Origin: Paracoccaceae bacterium | Lineage (GTDB): Bacteria > Pseudomonadota > Alphaproteobacteria > Rhodobacterales > Rhodobacteraceae | Direction of reading: 5' to 3' | Assembly: GCA_017852835.1 (NCBI GenBank) | Contig: JAFMKS010000005.1 | Coordinates: 4,449-68,448 of the forward strand | DNA: 64,000 bases | The notes under the pieces: generated by a model | The model's database searches: none | What the model was told of the DNA's origin: nothing | What the model saw: the letters and a program-made list of their open reading frames with translations, nothing else | Shown here: piece by piece, positions 31,210 to 41,587 of the stretch | Numbering within the stretch: position 1 is the first letter of the stretch | How the letters are laid out: each line of letters starts with the position of its first letter | Position numbers and translations under genes: made by a program

Positions 31210-32463
31210 ATGGCATACGAATTGACGATTATATGGGATTGGCTGGCATTTGCTGTGCGCTGGCTGCATGTGATTACAGCAATCGCGTGGATCGGTTCAT
31301 CGTTCTATTTCATCGCATTGGATTTGGGATTACGCCAAGCGCCAGATTTGCCCAAAGGCGCGCATGGGGAAGAGTGGCAAGTGCATGGCGGTGGCTTTTA
31401 CCATATCCGCAAATACCTGGTCGCCCCGGAACGTATGCCAGAGCATTTGACATGGTTTAAATGGGAAAGTTATTCCACATGGCTTTCTGGCGCCGCGCTA
31501 TTGATGATTGTTTATTGGGCGGGTGGTGAGCTGTATTTGGTTGATGCCAGCAAAGCCGATTTGTCTCTGTTTCAGGGGATTTTGATTTCGGCTGGATCAT
31601 TGGCATTTGGTTGGATTGTTTACGATCAATTGTGCAAATCCCCCTTGGGCGAAACACCAACCTTATTAATGGTTCTGCTATTTGTTTTGTTGGTCGTCAT
31701 GGGGTGGGGATATAATCAGGTATTTACTGGGCGCGCCACGCTTCTGCATCTGGGTGCCTTTACGGCGACAATCATGTCGGCAAACGTTTTCTTCATTATC
31801 ATCCCCAACCAAAAAATCGTTGTAGCGGATTTGATTGCAGGCCGCGCACCCGATCCAAAATACGGAAAAATCGCAAAGTTACGTTCGACCCACAACAATT
31901 ATCTGACATTGCCCGTTATCTTCTTCATGCTGTCCAATCACTATCCGCTTGCATTTGCGAGCGAGTATAACTGGATTATCGCGGCATTGGTTTTCCTAAT
32001 GGGGGTGACCATCCGCCATTATTTCAATTCACTTCATGCGCGCCGCGGAAATCCAATTTGGACATGGCCCGCTACCATTATTTTGTTCATTCTGATTATG
32101 TGGCTGTCCACCGCACCCCTGCATCAGGATGATTTAGAGACGAGTGAACTGTCTGCGCGGCAGGATATCTTTGCAACGGCTGCTGGTTTTGATGAGGCCC
32201 AAGATATTGTCATGGGCCGATGTTCCATGTGCCATGCACGTGAACCTGTCTATGATGGAATTCGCCGTGCGCCTAAACATGTGTTTTTAGAAACCACCGC
32301 GGACATTACCCAACATGCCAAGGCTATTTACTTACAGTCAGGGGTAAGCCACGCGATGCCGCCCGCGAATGTTTCTTGGATGGAAGAGGATGAGCGTTTG
32401 TTGATCAGGCAATGGTATCGCAACGCGATGGATACGATGCCTTTATCGTTAGCGTTGAAATAA
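31210..32463 (+). CDS. puuD: Membrane urate hydroxylase with cytochrome c domain
   Basis: RWLHVITAIAWIGSSFYF, VHGGGFY, WFKWESY, RSTHNNYLTLP and CSMCH. Confidence 0.93.
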   Translation: MAYELTIIWDWLAFAVRWLHVITAIAWIGSSFYFIALDLGLRQAPDLPKGAHGEEWQVHGGGFYHIRKYLVAPERMPEHLTWFKWESYSTWLSGAALLMIVYWAGGELYLVDASKADLSLFQGILISAGSLAFGWIVYDQLCKSPLGETPTLLMVLLFVLLVVMGWGYNQVFTGRATLLHLGAFTATIMSANVFFIIIPNQKIVVADLIAGRAPDPKYGKIAKLRSTHNNYLTLPVIFFMLSNHYPLAFASEYNWIIAALVFLMGVTIRHYFNSLHARRGNPIWTWPATIILFILIMWLSTAPLHQDDLETSELSARQDIFATAAGFDEAQDIVMGRCSMCHAREPVYDGIRRAPKHVFLETTADITQHAKAIYLQSGVSHAMPPANVSWMEEDERLLIRQWYRNAMDTMPLSLALK

Positions 32464-32486
32464 AAAAGGCGCGAGAAACGCGCCTT
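32462..32486. terminator. Terminator between convergent puuD and dapA
   Basis: AAAAAAGGCGCG-AGAAA-CGCGCCTT. Confidence 0.75.
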
Positions 32487-32508
32487 GAGTTCTTAATTTG
32501 ATCTCGTA

Positions 32509-33384
32509 TCAGTTCAGCAAACCGGCATGACGCAATGCATCACGCACCTTTTCCTTGGTTCCGTCTGTCAGTGGAACAAGTGGCAAACGCACTTCATCAG
32601 AACATAATCCCAATTCTGACATTGCATATTTTGCCCCGACCAAACCGGGTTCAGTGAAAATAGCCTTATGCAGTGGCATCAAACGATCTTGTAATTCAAG
32701 CGCAGCGGCATAATCACCACGCAATGTTGCCTCTTGCATATGTGCGCACAACGCTGGGGCAACGTTTGCGGTTACGGAAATACAGCCAACACCACCTTGG
32801 GCATTAAACCCGTGTGCCGTTGCGTCCTCCCCCGAAATCTGAAGGAAGTCAGCACCGCATGAAATGCGTTGATCGCAAACGCGCGCCAAATCACCAGTTG
32901 CGTCCTTTACGCCGATGATATTGGGGAGCTTTGCCAAGGTGCCCATTGTTTCTGGTGACATGTCAACAACTGAACGACCTGGAATGTTATAAATAACGAT
33001 TGGTAGGTCAGATGAATTTGCAAGCGCCTCAAAATGTGCGATCAAACCTGCCTGTGTCGGTTTGTTGTAATATGGTGTCACCACAAGGGCGGCATCCGCA
33101 CCGACTTTTTTCGCATGCTCCACGAATCGTAAAGCCTCGGCCGTGTTGTTTGATCCTGCACCCGCAATAACAGGAACGCGTCCCGCCGCTGCTGTGACCA
33201 CAGTTTTGATAACCAATTCATGTTCATTATGGGTCAGGGTCGGGCTTTCGCCTGTTGTACCTACGGGAACCAATCCATGGCTTCCTTGGTCAATGTGCCA
33301 ATCGACCAATTTTTTAAGTGTATCCAGATCCACAGCGCCGTCTTTGAACGGCGTGATCAAAGCTGGCATTGAGCCTTTTAACAT
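32509..33384 (-). CDS. dapA: 4-hydroxy-tetrahydrodipicolinate synthase
   Basis: [22 protein letters not shown] and GVKDATG. Confidence 0.97.
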   Translation of the reverse strand: MLKGSMPALITPFKDGAVDLDTLKKLVDWHIDQGSHGLVPVGTTGESPTLTHNEHELVIKTVVTAAAGRVPVIAGAGSNNTAEALRFVEHAKKVGADAALVVTPYYNKPTQAGLIAHFEALANSSDLPIVIYNIPGRSVVDMSPETMGTLAKLPNIIGVKDATGDLARVCDQRISCGADFLQISGEDATAHGFNAQGGVGCISVTANVAPALCAHMQEATLRGDYAAALELQDRLMPLHKAIFTEPGLVGAKYAMSELGLCSDEVRLPLVPLTDGTKEKVRDALRHAGLLN

Positions 33385-33526
33385 GACACGCTCCTTTCGT
33401 GTTTGGCGGGCAGGGCCCGGATGAATAAAGCGGTTTCTTGCAGATAAGGAAACCGTGACTTGATGCCTAAGTTATGTGACATTAGCTATGGGTACCTATC
33501 CAGCCAATGAGTTGAAATTGCAAGTC

Positions 33527-35473
33527 ATGTTCCGAGTATTCTATATTTTTCTTATGCTTTCGTCTGCGGTTTCGAGCCTATGGGCCGAAGAGCACGCGTT
33601 GGAACGCGCATTTTCCCAAATGAATGCAGGAAATTGGCAGGACGCGTTACGCCTTGCGCAAAGTGACGGCGTGGTCGCACGGGACATCATCGAATGGCAT
33701 CGTTTGCGCGATGGGCAGGGCACCGCGAAGGAGGCGCTTAAGTTTTTGGAAAGGAATGGGGATTGGCCTGGATTGCCCTATTTGCGGAAGCAATCCGAAG
33801 TTGCGTTAAGCGACGCAAACGAACAAACAATCCTAACATACTTCGAAACCTCCGCCCCCCAAACGGGTGCTGGAGCACTTGCCTACGCGTTGGCCTTATC
33901 CAAAGATGGGCAGAGTAAAAAAGCCGCGTTGGTTGCACAAAATGCTTGGATTACTCTTCCTCTGAAAGCGCCTCAACAAGGTGCATTTTTGTCTGCTTTT
34001 GGTTCGGTCTTGGCGCCGCTGCATGAGTTGCGCTTGATCGAAATGTTGTGGATGGATGAACATGCCTCGGCGCAACAGATGGAGAACTTGGTGGGTGCCG
34101 ACCTGTCCGCATTGTTGCGTGCCCGAATTGCATTGCGAAAGGGACAAGAGGGCGTGACCGCATTGATAAATGCGGTTCCAAACGCGCTGGGTAATCACCC
34201 CGTGTTGAATCACGCTAGATTTGAATGGCGTTTGAAAAATGGATTTCGAGACAGCGCAATTGATCTGCTGAGTGTTTCGAGCGAGCGTGCCAGCCGATTG
34301 GGACAATCCGAACGCTGGGCCGATACGCGTATCCGTATTGTCCGCGATCTGTTGTTCGACGGCAAAAACAAACAAGCCTACACATTGGCGGCCAACCATC
34401 ATATCGCAGAGGGTTCCAGGTATGCTAAATTGGAGTGGTTGGCAGGTTTTGCCGCCTTGCGTCGATTAAACGATCCAAAGCGTGCGGTTCAACATTTCAA
34501 GAATTTTCTGTCCGCGGTTGATACGCCCATTTCTCTTGGTCGCGCATATTACTGGTTGGGACGTGCGCATGCCGCATCAGGGAATAATGATGCAGCACTC
34601 GCTGCCTATAAAAATGGTGCAAAGTATCAGAGCAGCTTTTATGGTCTTCTAAGTGCAGAAAAAGCAAACATGCCCATGCCATCTGACTTCCTAACCTGGG
34701 GAGAGTTGCCAGATTGGCGAGATGCAAGTTTCGTAAACAGTTCCGTCCTACATGCGGCGATACTGCTGTTTTCTGCAAACCAAAACCCACTGGGTGAAAG
34801 GTTCATTACACATCTTTCCGAAACACTTGGAACCGACGATGTTCACAAACTGAATGATTTTCTGGAGGAATTACGCAAACCACATGTTTTGGTCATGTTG
34901 GGTAAACGTCAGGCATCGATGGGCAAGACGTTTGTACGACCATACTATGCGTTGCATCCAGTTGCACGAATGCCCGCGCGTGTGCCGTCTGAATTGGTGC
35001 TGGCGATTGCGCGTCGTGAAAGCGAATTTGACCCCTATGTGATTTCGCCAGTAGGGGCGCGTGGTTTGATGCAAGTCATGCCCAAGACGGCCAAGGAAAT
35101 GGCAGATCGCGTTGGGCTTAGGTACTCGCAGAAACGTTTGGAAATAGACTGGGCCTACAATGCACGCATAGGTATTACTTATTTAGAAGAGTTGGCCGAA
35201 CGATATGCTGGAAATCCAGTGTTGATGTCGGTTGCCTACAACGCCGGACCATCACGGGCGGATCGTTGGATCGAACTGATGGGGGATCCACGGATGGATG
35301 CGGTTGATGTCATCGATTGGATCGAAATGGCCCCCTTCCAAGAAACGCGCAATTACATCATGCGCGTTACAGAAAGCCTGCCAATCTATCAGGCACGGCT
35401 TGGAAAACCCATTGCTCCCAAAAGCTTTGAAGCCATGCTAAAGGGATCAAGCCTGTCGTTGCGCGCGCCATAA
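33527..35473 (+). CDS. slt: Soluble lytic murein transglycosylase (Slt70-like)
   Basis: Signal peptide; ARRESEF, GARGLMQVMP, AYNAGP and ETRNY. Confidence 0.92.
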   Translation: MFRVFYIFLMLSSAVSSLWAEEHALERAFSQMNAGNWQDALRLAQSDGVVARDIIEWHRLRDGQGTAKEALKFLERNGDWPGLPYLRKQSEVALSDANEQTILTYFETSAPQTGAGALAYALALSKDGQSKKAALVAQNAWITLPLKAPQQGAFLSAFGSVLAPLHELRLIEMLWMDEHASAQQMENLVGADLSALLRARIALRKGQEGVTALINAVPNALGNHPVLNHARFEWRLKNGFRDSAIDLLSVSSERASRLGQSERWADTRIRIVRDLLFDGKNKQAYTLAANHHIAEGSRYAKLEWLAGFAALRRLNDPKRAVQHFKNFLSAVDTPISLGRAYYWLGRAHAASGNNDAALAAYKNGAKYQSSFYGLLSAEKANMPMPSDFLTWGELPDWRDASFVNSSVLHAAILLFSANQNPLGERFITHLSETLGTDDVHKLNDFLEELRKPHVLVMLGKRQASMGKTFVRPYYALHPVARMPARVPSELVLAIARRESEFDPYVISPVGARGLMQVMPKTAKEMADRVGLRYSQKRLEIDWAYNARIGITYLEELAERYAGNPVLMSVAYNAGPSRADRWIELMGDPRMDAVDVIDWIEMAPFQETRNYIMRVTESLPIYQARLGKPIAPKSFEAMLKGSSLSLRAP

Positions 35474-36310
35474 TGTAAACAGGCCGGCGGACACAACAAT
35501 TACGGCCCCAACGGCGACGTGTAACTCTAAAGTTTCGCCAAAAAACCACATGCCGATCCCTGAGGCAAAGACCAGTTGCAAATAGGCAAAAGGTTGTACA
35601 GAGCTCGCCTCTGCCACTTCGAAACATTTGATCAACAGGTAATGTCCCAATGCGCCCAGCACGCATAATATTGCCATCCAGCCGTAGTCCGTGAGTGTCA
35701 TGGGTTGCCAGTTGCCGATACCGATTATCGTCATAACGACAACACCAACGATCCCTGTCCAGAAAAAGGATGTGGCCGCGCTGTCCCCGCGTGCCACATA
35801 TCGCGTCATCAATCCATAAAGTGCGAACATGAATGCCGAGATCAGGGGGATCACAGCCGCTGGTGAAAATACAGCATGGCTCGGTTCAAGAATAATAAGA
35901 ACGCCGATAAATCCAACAAAGATTGCCGCCCAGCGTCGCCATCCCACGCCTTCGCCTAAAATGGGCCCTGATAAGGCTGCGACCAACAATGGATAGCATG
36001 CAAACACTGCATGGCTTTCGATCAGCCCTAATATTGTGAATGCCGTCACCATGACACAAATTTCAATCGCCAATATTGTGCCGCGCAGGATCTGCAAAAT
36101 TGGGTATCTGGGTTTGAGTGCTGCTTGAATGCCGCCCGGCCGACGGGCCGTGATTGCAATGACAAAGGCCGCAAAGAACCAGTATCGGATCATCACCACC
36201 AAATAAACGTTGTAGGTGCTGCTTAGGTACTGAGAAAACCCATCTTGCAGTGCAAAAACAAGTGTGGTTGCCACCATGTATAGAATTCCAAGGCGTGTAT
36301 TCGATTGCAT
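35447..36310 (-). CDS. DMT/EamA family transporter
   Basis: Ten hydrophobic segments; LGEGVGWRRW and VQPFAYLQL. Confidence 0.9.
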   Translation of the reverse strand: MQSNTRLGILYMVATTLVFALQDGFSQYLSSTYNVYLVVMIRYWFFAAFVIAITARRPGGIQAALKPRYPILQILRGTILAIEICVMVTAFTILGLIESHAVFACYPLLVAALSGPILGEGVGWRRWAAIFVGFIGVLIILEPSHAVFSPAAVIPLISAFMFALYGLMTRYVARGDSAATSFFWTGIVGVVVMTIIGIGNWQPMTLTDYGWMAILCVLGALGHYLLIKCFEVAEASSVQPFAYLQLVFASGIGMWFFGETLELHVAVGAVIVVSAGLFTLWRAQRQA

Positions 36311-36312
36311 AT

Positions 36313-36990
36313 CTATGCCTTTCGCGCAACGCTCATGTGACGTTTGCGCCCAAAACCCTTGACGCGATCAACATCAAAACCTGCATCTGACAGGTGTCGA
36401 CGGACAAATCCCGCGGCGGTATATGTTGCAGCGGTCCCACCCTCGCATGTTTTGGCGTAAACAGCCTTCATCAAATCGCCCTCCCAAAGCTCTGGGTTTT
36501 TGGCAGGTGAAAATCCATCAAGGTACCAACAATCTGCTTGCGCGTCCCAGTGGGAAACCGTTTCCCGCGCATCGCCTGTGATCAAAGATAATTGCGCATC
36601 GGGAAGGGACAACGTGCTTGTATCCTGCAGCTGTTCCAGATGTGGTGCAATTTCTGATGCAATATCTGCGATCTCTGGAAACTGTTCATAGGCCTTGATC
36701 ATGTCAGCGGGGATCATTGGGTAAGCTTCAAAACTTGTGAAATGAAATTTCCCCTCAATCTTACTGTTGCGCCATTGTTCAAGTGTTGCGATGAAATTTA
36801 AACCCGTCCCAAAACCGAGTTCGGCGATCCGAAATCCGTCGACAAACCGCGCGGGAAGGTTGTTTCCACCAAGAAAGACGTGATGTGTTTCCGCAAGTCC
36901 GTTATCAAGCGAATAATACGGATCATCGAATTGTGTGGACACAGGGATTTTACCCTCGCGCCAAGTTAGGGACGGATTTACGTTTTTCAT
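36313..36990 (-). CDS. mnmD: tRNA mnm5s2U34 methyltransferase (MnmC methyltransferase domain)
   Basis: FDDPYYS, ELGFGTGLN, WYLDGFSPAKNPELW and GFGRKRHM. Confidence 0.93.
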   Translation of the reverse strand: MKNVNPSLTWREGKIPVSTQFDDPYYSLDNGLAETHHVFLGGNNLPARFVDGFRIAELGFGTGLNFIATLEQWRNSKIEGKFHFTSFEAYPMIPADMIKAYEQFPEIADIASEIAPHLEQLQDTSTLSLPDAQLSLITGDARETVSHWDAQADCWYLDGFSPAKNPELWEGDLMKAVYAKTCEGGTAATYTAAGFVRRHLSDAGFDVDRVKGFGRKRHMSVARKA

Positions 36991-37055
36991 GCGGGACCTT
37001 GCGAAACGTCACAGACGTGAATAGGGACACACTATCATCAACGAAGGTCTTGGCA

Positions 37056-38084
37056 ATGGCAGAAGTGACAATCAAAGGCGCAGGGATTATTGGTCTATCG
37101 ATTGCCTGGGAATGTATCCAGCGTGGTGTCAAGGTTCAGGTGATTGATCCACATGGCATTGGCGCTGGTTCAAGCGGGGGTATTGTTGGTGCACTTGCAC
37201 CCCATGTCCCAGAAAATTGGAACGAAAAGAAGGCGTTTCAATTCGAAAGCCTTCAGATTGCGCAGACGTTTTGGGATCATGTTGATCATACCTCTGGGCT
37301 GAACAGTGGGTATGCGCGAACAGGTCGAATTCAACCATTGCTGGACGAAGCGGGTTTATCGCTCGCCCATGACCGGGGTGAGAATGCCAAGTCGCTATGG
37401 CAGGGGGTGGCAGAGTGGCGGGTTATTGATAAGCAACCAGAATGGGCGCCTCCCTCGACAACGGGGAAGTGGATATATGATAGTCTAAGCGCACGCATCC
37501 AACCCCGAAACGCCATTGCCTCAATCGCACAGGCCATTCAAAAATCAGGCGGAGAATTTCACCGTTCGGCGGCGGATTCAGGAAAGGTTGTTTGGGCGGC
37601 TGGGGAATGGGATTTAAACCGTATATCGGAATACACGGGCAAAAGTTTCGGAAATGGGGTTAAGGGGCAGGCCGCCTTATTTGATTATGATCAGCGCACT
37701 CAGCCGCAGATATTTGCCGATGCATTACACTTTATTCCGCATGCCGATGGTACACTTGCGGTGGGATCGACCTCAGAACGCGAGTACGCAAGCGCTAGTT
37801 CAACGGACGAACATTTGGACGGCGTGATTGCACGCGCGTTCAACATTCTGCCTGATTTGCAAAACGCCAAGGTTCTTGCGCGCTGGGCTGGTGTACGCCC
37901 ACGAAGCAAAAGTCGCGCGCCTGTTTTAGGTTCACATCCGATCAACGCATCTGAATACATCGCGAATGGTGGCTTTAAAATTGGTTTTGGTATGGCCCCA
38001 AAAATCGCACAAGTAATGGCTGATTTCATCTTGGAAAATACCGATGCAATCCCAAGCGATTTTCGCGTCGAGAAGAGTTTGTAA
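37056..38084 (+). CDS. FAD-dependent oxidoreductase (probable MnmC oxidase half)
   Basis: GAGIIG, SSGGIVGAL, VKGQA, WAGVRP and GGFKIGFG; divergent from mnmD. Confidence 0.75.
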   Translation: MAEVTIKGAGIIGLSIAWECIQRGVKVQVIDPHGIGAGSSGGIVGALAPHVPENWNEKKAFQFESLQIAQTFWDHVDHTSGLNSGYARTGRIQPLLDEAGLSLAHDRGENAKSLWQGVAEWRVIDKQPEWAPPSTTGKWIYDSLSARIQPRNAIASIAQAIQKSGGEFHRSAADSGKVVWAAGEWDLNRISEYTGKSFGNGVKGQAALFDYDQRTQPQIFADALHFIPHADGTLAVGSTSEREYASASSTDEHLDGVIARAFNILPDLQNAKVLARWAGVRPRSKSRAPVLGSHPINASEYIANGGFKIGFGMAPKIAQVMADFILENTDAIPSDFRVEKSL

Positions 38085-38108
38085 GCGGGACAGAGCCCCG
38101 CCCTAGAT

Positions 38109-39083
38109 TTACTGGAAACAGGTTTTGAACGCCGTAACTGCACCTTGCATGAGAATCAGGTAAGCATTTTCACCTTCAACGATTTCGCCAAGCTGAGAGA
38201 ATTCAACGGTTTTGATCGAGTATTCTTCTGCCAGCGCATAGGCCAAGGCAGTGTGATCATTTGGGTCGATGATCATGCATGCTGGTGGTGTTGCTTCGAT
38301 CTGCGCACGCAAGTTCGCCATATCGCTTGGCGACGGTCGTAGTCCCATACCATTGGTTACGGCCTGCGGATGGTCGATACCAAAGCTTTCTTCAAGATAC
38401 CCAAATGCATCATGCGACACCGAATATGGTTTTGCGGTGAGTGTTTGCATCTCGGATTTAAGGCCGATGAGTGTCTGTTCGAATGCTGCCAAGTTCGCAT
38501 TGATATCCGATGTCAACGCGGTAGAAAGTTCTGATGCCGATTTTGCAATGGCATGCGCCCAAACGTCCGCATTATCGATATCCAACCACATGTGTGGATT
38601 GATACCACTATGGTCATGGCTATCGTGTTCGTCGTCGTGATGTTCATCATGTTCATGCTCGTTTTGTTCTTTCTCATCCGCATGATCATCGTGATGATCG
38701 TCGTCATGATGGGCGTCATCTTCATGGTCCTCGTGCGCGTCTTCATATGCGATCAGATGCACATTCGAGACCTCGGCAAGTTCGATGATTTGTGCATTAC
38801 TTGCTAATGAGGGTAACTTTTCTGCCAGACTTGGCGTAAGAGATTCACCGATCAACACAATCAAATCTGCTTCTGACAGTGCGGCTGCATGACTTGGCTT
38901 CATGGTGTAGTTGTGTGGATCTATACCCCTGCTGATGAGTGTCGTAATGCTTGCATTCGATCCCAGAACACCTTCAACAATGCCGTGAACGGGCGGAATG
39001 TCGACCACGACCCGCAATTGATCTGCCAAAACAGGCGCTGTGAATATCGTTGTTGCAAATAGGACGGAAATGGTTTTGTTCAT
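38109..39083 (-). CDS. znuA: Zinc ABC transporter substrate-binding protein
   Basis: DPH, His/Asp-rich loop, NPHMWLD and HDAFGY. Confidence 0.92.
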   Translation of the reverse strand: MNKTISVLFATTIFTAPVLADQLRVVVDIPPVHGIVEGVLGSNASITTLISRGIDPHNYTMKPSHAAALSEADLIVLIGESLTPSLAEKLPSLASNAQIIELAEVSNVHLIAYEDAHEDHEDDAHHDDDHHDDHADEKEQNEHEHDEHHDDEHDSHDHSGINPHMWLDIDNADVWAHAIAKSASELSTALTSDINANLAAFEQTLIGLKSEMQTLTAKPYSVSHDAFGYLEESFGIDHPQAVTNGMGLRPSPSDMANLRAQIEATPPACMIIDPNDHTALAYALAEEYSIKTVEFSQLGEIVEGENAYLILMQGAVTAFKTCFQ

Positions 39084-39117
39084 TGGATCAATCTCCTATG
39101 TGTTGCAGGTCCTATAA

Positions 39118-39134
39118 ATGTTATGTTATAACAT
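39118..39134. promoter_or_regulatory. Zur box
   Basis: ATGTTAT-GTT-ATAACAT palindrome between divergent znuA and zur. Confidence 0.88.
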
Positions 39135-39157
39135 ATCAATAGTACGTCGGAGGAATT

Positions 39158-39634
39158 ATGCAAAACGTGTTTGCACCCCATGACCACGCGAATTGCACGC
39201 ACAGCGCGTTGACCACTGTCGAACGTGCCTGCGCAGAACGTGGTTTGCGCTTGACCCCGATCCGTAAGCGCACACTGGAAATACTGCTTGAAGGGCATCA
39301 CGCGTTGGGTGCCTATGACGTATTACAAAAGCTGAGTGATGACGGCTTGGCGGATAAACCGCCCATGGCCTATCGTGCGTTGAATTTTTTGGTAGAACAC
39401 GGCTTCGCACATCGCGTCGAACGCCTGAATGCTTATATTGCCTGCACGCATCCGGATGCCGATCACACGCCAGCGCTGTGGATTTGTTTGGACTGTCACA
39501 AGGTTGCGGAAACGGTGCAGGCAGCGGAACTGGGTCAACGCCTTGGACAGGAGGGTGGATTTTCGATCAATACCCTAACGATCGAGGCAGAGGGATCTTG
39601 TCAGCAATGTCGAGATGAAAGTTCAAATGACTGA
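39158..39634 (+). CDS. zur: Zinc uptake regulator (Fur family)
   Basis: HDHANC, GLRLTPIR, PPMAYRAL, CLDC and CQQC. Confidence 0.92.
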   Translation: MQNVFAPHDHANCTHSALTTVERACAERGLRLTPIRKRTLEILLEGHHALGAYDVLQKLSDDGLADKPPMAYRALNFLVEHGFAHRVERLNAYIACTHPDADHTPALWICLDCHKVAETVQAAELGQRLGQEGGFSINTLTIEAEGSCQQCRDESSND

Positions 39635-40361
39635 CTTAATATCACTAAATTCAGTAACCATTGGATACGACAGTAAAATTGTTTTGCGTGATGTTGATTT
39701 AACCGTGAAACGCGGGGAAATCATAACAATCGTTGGGCCAAATGGATCGGGTAAGACATCCATGATGCGTGCCTTGATTGGTGCACTTGTTCCAAAAACT
39801 GGATCTGTGTCACGCTCTAAATCGTTATGCGTTGGGTATGTCCCACAAAAACTAAATGTTGATCATAGTTTCCCGATAACTGTCCGCAGATTTTTGTCAG
39901 TTCCCAAGCGTTCGACGGTTGAACAAATATCTGAGGCTGCGGCGTTGGTCGGCATTCACGATATTTTAGACCAACAAATCGCAACGCTTTCAGGAGGTCA
40001 ATTTCAGCGTGCCTTGTTAGCCCGTGCAATCATTGATACCCCTGATCTATTGTTACTGGATGAACCCACGCAGGGTTTGGATCAAAATGGTGCTGCACGG
40101 TTTTATCAACTGATCGCAGAACTAAAGGCCAAATTGGATTGCGCCATTGTCTTGGTAAGTCATGATCTACACGTCGTGATGAGTGCATCTGACCGCGTCA
40201 TTTGTTTAAACGGACACATCTGTTGTGAAGGCACGCCAAGCGTTGTTTCAAGTGCGCCTGAATATCGCGCATTATTTGGCACAGGCACACAGGGTGCTCT
40301 TGCGCTTTATCAACATCAGCACGATCACGTGCACGATGAAACTTGTTTGCACGAACATTAG
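39627..40361 (+). CDS. znuC: Zinc ABC transporter ATP-binding protein
   Basis: GPNGSGKT, LSGGQ, DEPTQG, HICC and His tail. Confidence 0.94.
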   Translation: MTDLISLNSVTIGYDSKIVLRDVDLTVKRGEIITIVGPNGSGKTSMMRALIGALVPKTGSVSRSKSLCVGYVPQKLNVDHSFPITVRRFLSVPKRSTVEQISEAAALVGIHDILDQQIATLSGGQFQRALLARAIIDTPDLLLLDEPTQGLDQNGAARFYQLIAELKAKLDCAIVLVSHDLHVVMSASDRVICLNGHICCEGTPSVVSSAPEYRALFGTGTQGALALYQHQHDHVHDETCLHEH

Positions 40362-40370
40362 GACCTGACC

Positions 40371-41150
40371 ATGTTTGCAGAATTTATGATACGCGCATTT
40401 TTGTCGGGCCTTGGGGTTGCGATACTGACGGGCGTCTTGGGGTGCTTTGTGATTTGGCGGCGCATGGTATATTTTGGCGATGCCTTGTCACACGCTGCAA
40501 TTTTGGGCGTGGTGGGTGCAATTGCGCTGAACGTATCTGTGTATTTTGGTGTGATTGCTCTTGCGCTGATCTTGTCCGTTTTGCTGTTCACATTAACCAG
40601 TCGTATTCAGGGGGCCGATGTCATATTGGGCGTTTTTGCCCAAACAGGTCTTGCATTGGGGTTAATCGGAGCAAGCATTTGGGGCCGCGGATTATCGATT
40701 GAGGCGATATTGTTTGGCGATATCTTGGCTGTTGCTTGGCGCGATATTATTTTCATTTGGATGGGCGTTGTGGTTATCTTGGGCATCATTTTGTGGCGGT
40801 GGAGCAATTGGATCACTGCCACCCTAGGCGATGATTTGGCGGCATCTGTCGGCGTGAATGCCAAGCGTGAGTCATTTTATTTGGCAGCATTACTGGCGAT
40901 TCTCGTTGGTCTGGCGTTGAAAATCGTGGGGGCCTTGTTGATTACGGCCTTATTGATCATTCCCGCGGCAACAGCGCGTCGTTTCGCATCAACACCAGAA
41001 ATGATGGCGATTTTGTCAGTTGGGTTTGGTTCTGCTGCCAGCGCCATCGGGCTTTGGGCAGCCTATATATTCGATTGGCCCGCTGGCCCGTCGATGGTGG
41101 CAACCGCTGCCGTATTCTTTGGAATAAGCCAACTGCGAAACGCAGTTTAG
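40371..41150 (+). CDS. znuB: Zinc ABC transporter permease
   Basis: GCFVIWRRM, GDALSHAAILG and LFGDIL. Confidence 0.94.
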   Translation: MFAEFMIRAFLSGLGVAILTGVLGCFVIWRRMVYFGDALSHAAILGVVGAIALNVSVYFGVIALALILSVLLFTLTSRIQGADVILGVFAQTGLALGLIGASIWGRGLSIEAILFGDILAVAWRDIIFIWMGVVVILGIILWRWSNWITATLGDDLAASVGVNAKRESFYLAALLAILVGLALKIVGALLITALLIIPAATARRFASTPEMMAILSVGFGSAASAIGLWAAYIFDWPAGPSMVATAAVFFGISQLRNAV

Positions 41151-41518
41151 CGGTATTTAAAAACCAACTTCGTTTCGTCGCTCGTCGTTAGGACCAGCCC
41201 ACCTGGCACAACTTTGACCATAGAAACGCGCTGCAACTCTTGGAAATAGCTTTGGTCTGCCGATAGGTGGGGACAGGCCTTTTTTATTGAGGCAATAGGC
41301 CCTACCTGAATACTGTTAGAACCTGTATCTGAGTACGTAATTGATCCAAAATATCGATTGCAGGGGCCTTGGCCTGAAACGCGTGTGCCGTCGATTTCCA
41401 AGGTGATACGTTGCAATGCTGGATCATCACTGATCATGTGATACATGCCACCAATATCTTTGGCGCTGTTGCAGCCACTAAGGACAAATGCAAAGACTAC
41501 GATAAAAAACTGGCGCAT
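41147..41518 (-). CDS. META domain (HslJ-like) lipoprotein
   Basis: Lipobox LSGC, GQGPCNRYFG and SIKKAC. Confidence 0.85.
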   Translation of the reverse strand: MRQFFIVVFAFVLSGCNSAKDIGGMYHMISDDPALQRITLEIDGTRVSGQGPCNRYFGSITYSDTGSNSIQVGPIASIKKACPHLSADQSYFQELQRVSMVKVVPGGLVLTTSDETKLVFKYR

Positions 41519-41587
41519 CGGGATCTCCTTTGCGCCAGTTTTGTAAATCGTGAAATTCTGTCCAACGGGAAATTCCCCGTCATACCA

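Noticed and set aside
38600-38750. Repetitive CAT/GAT-rich stretch
   Set aside because: It encodes the ordinary His/Asp-rich loop of ZnuA, not a DNA repeat or CRISPR array.
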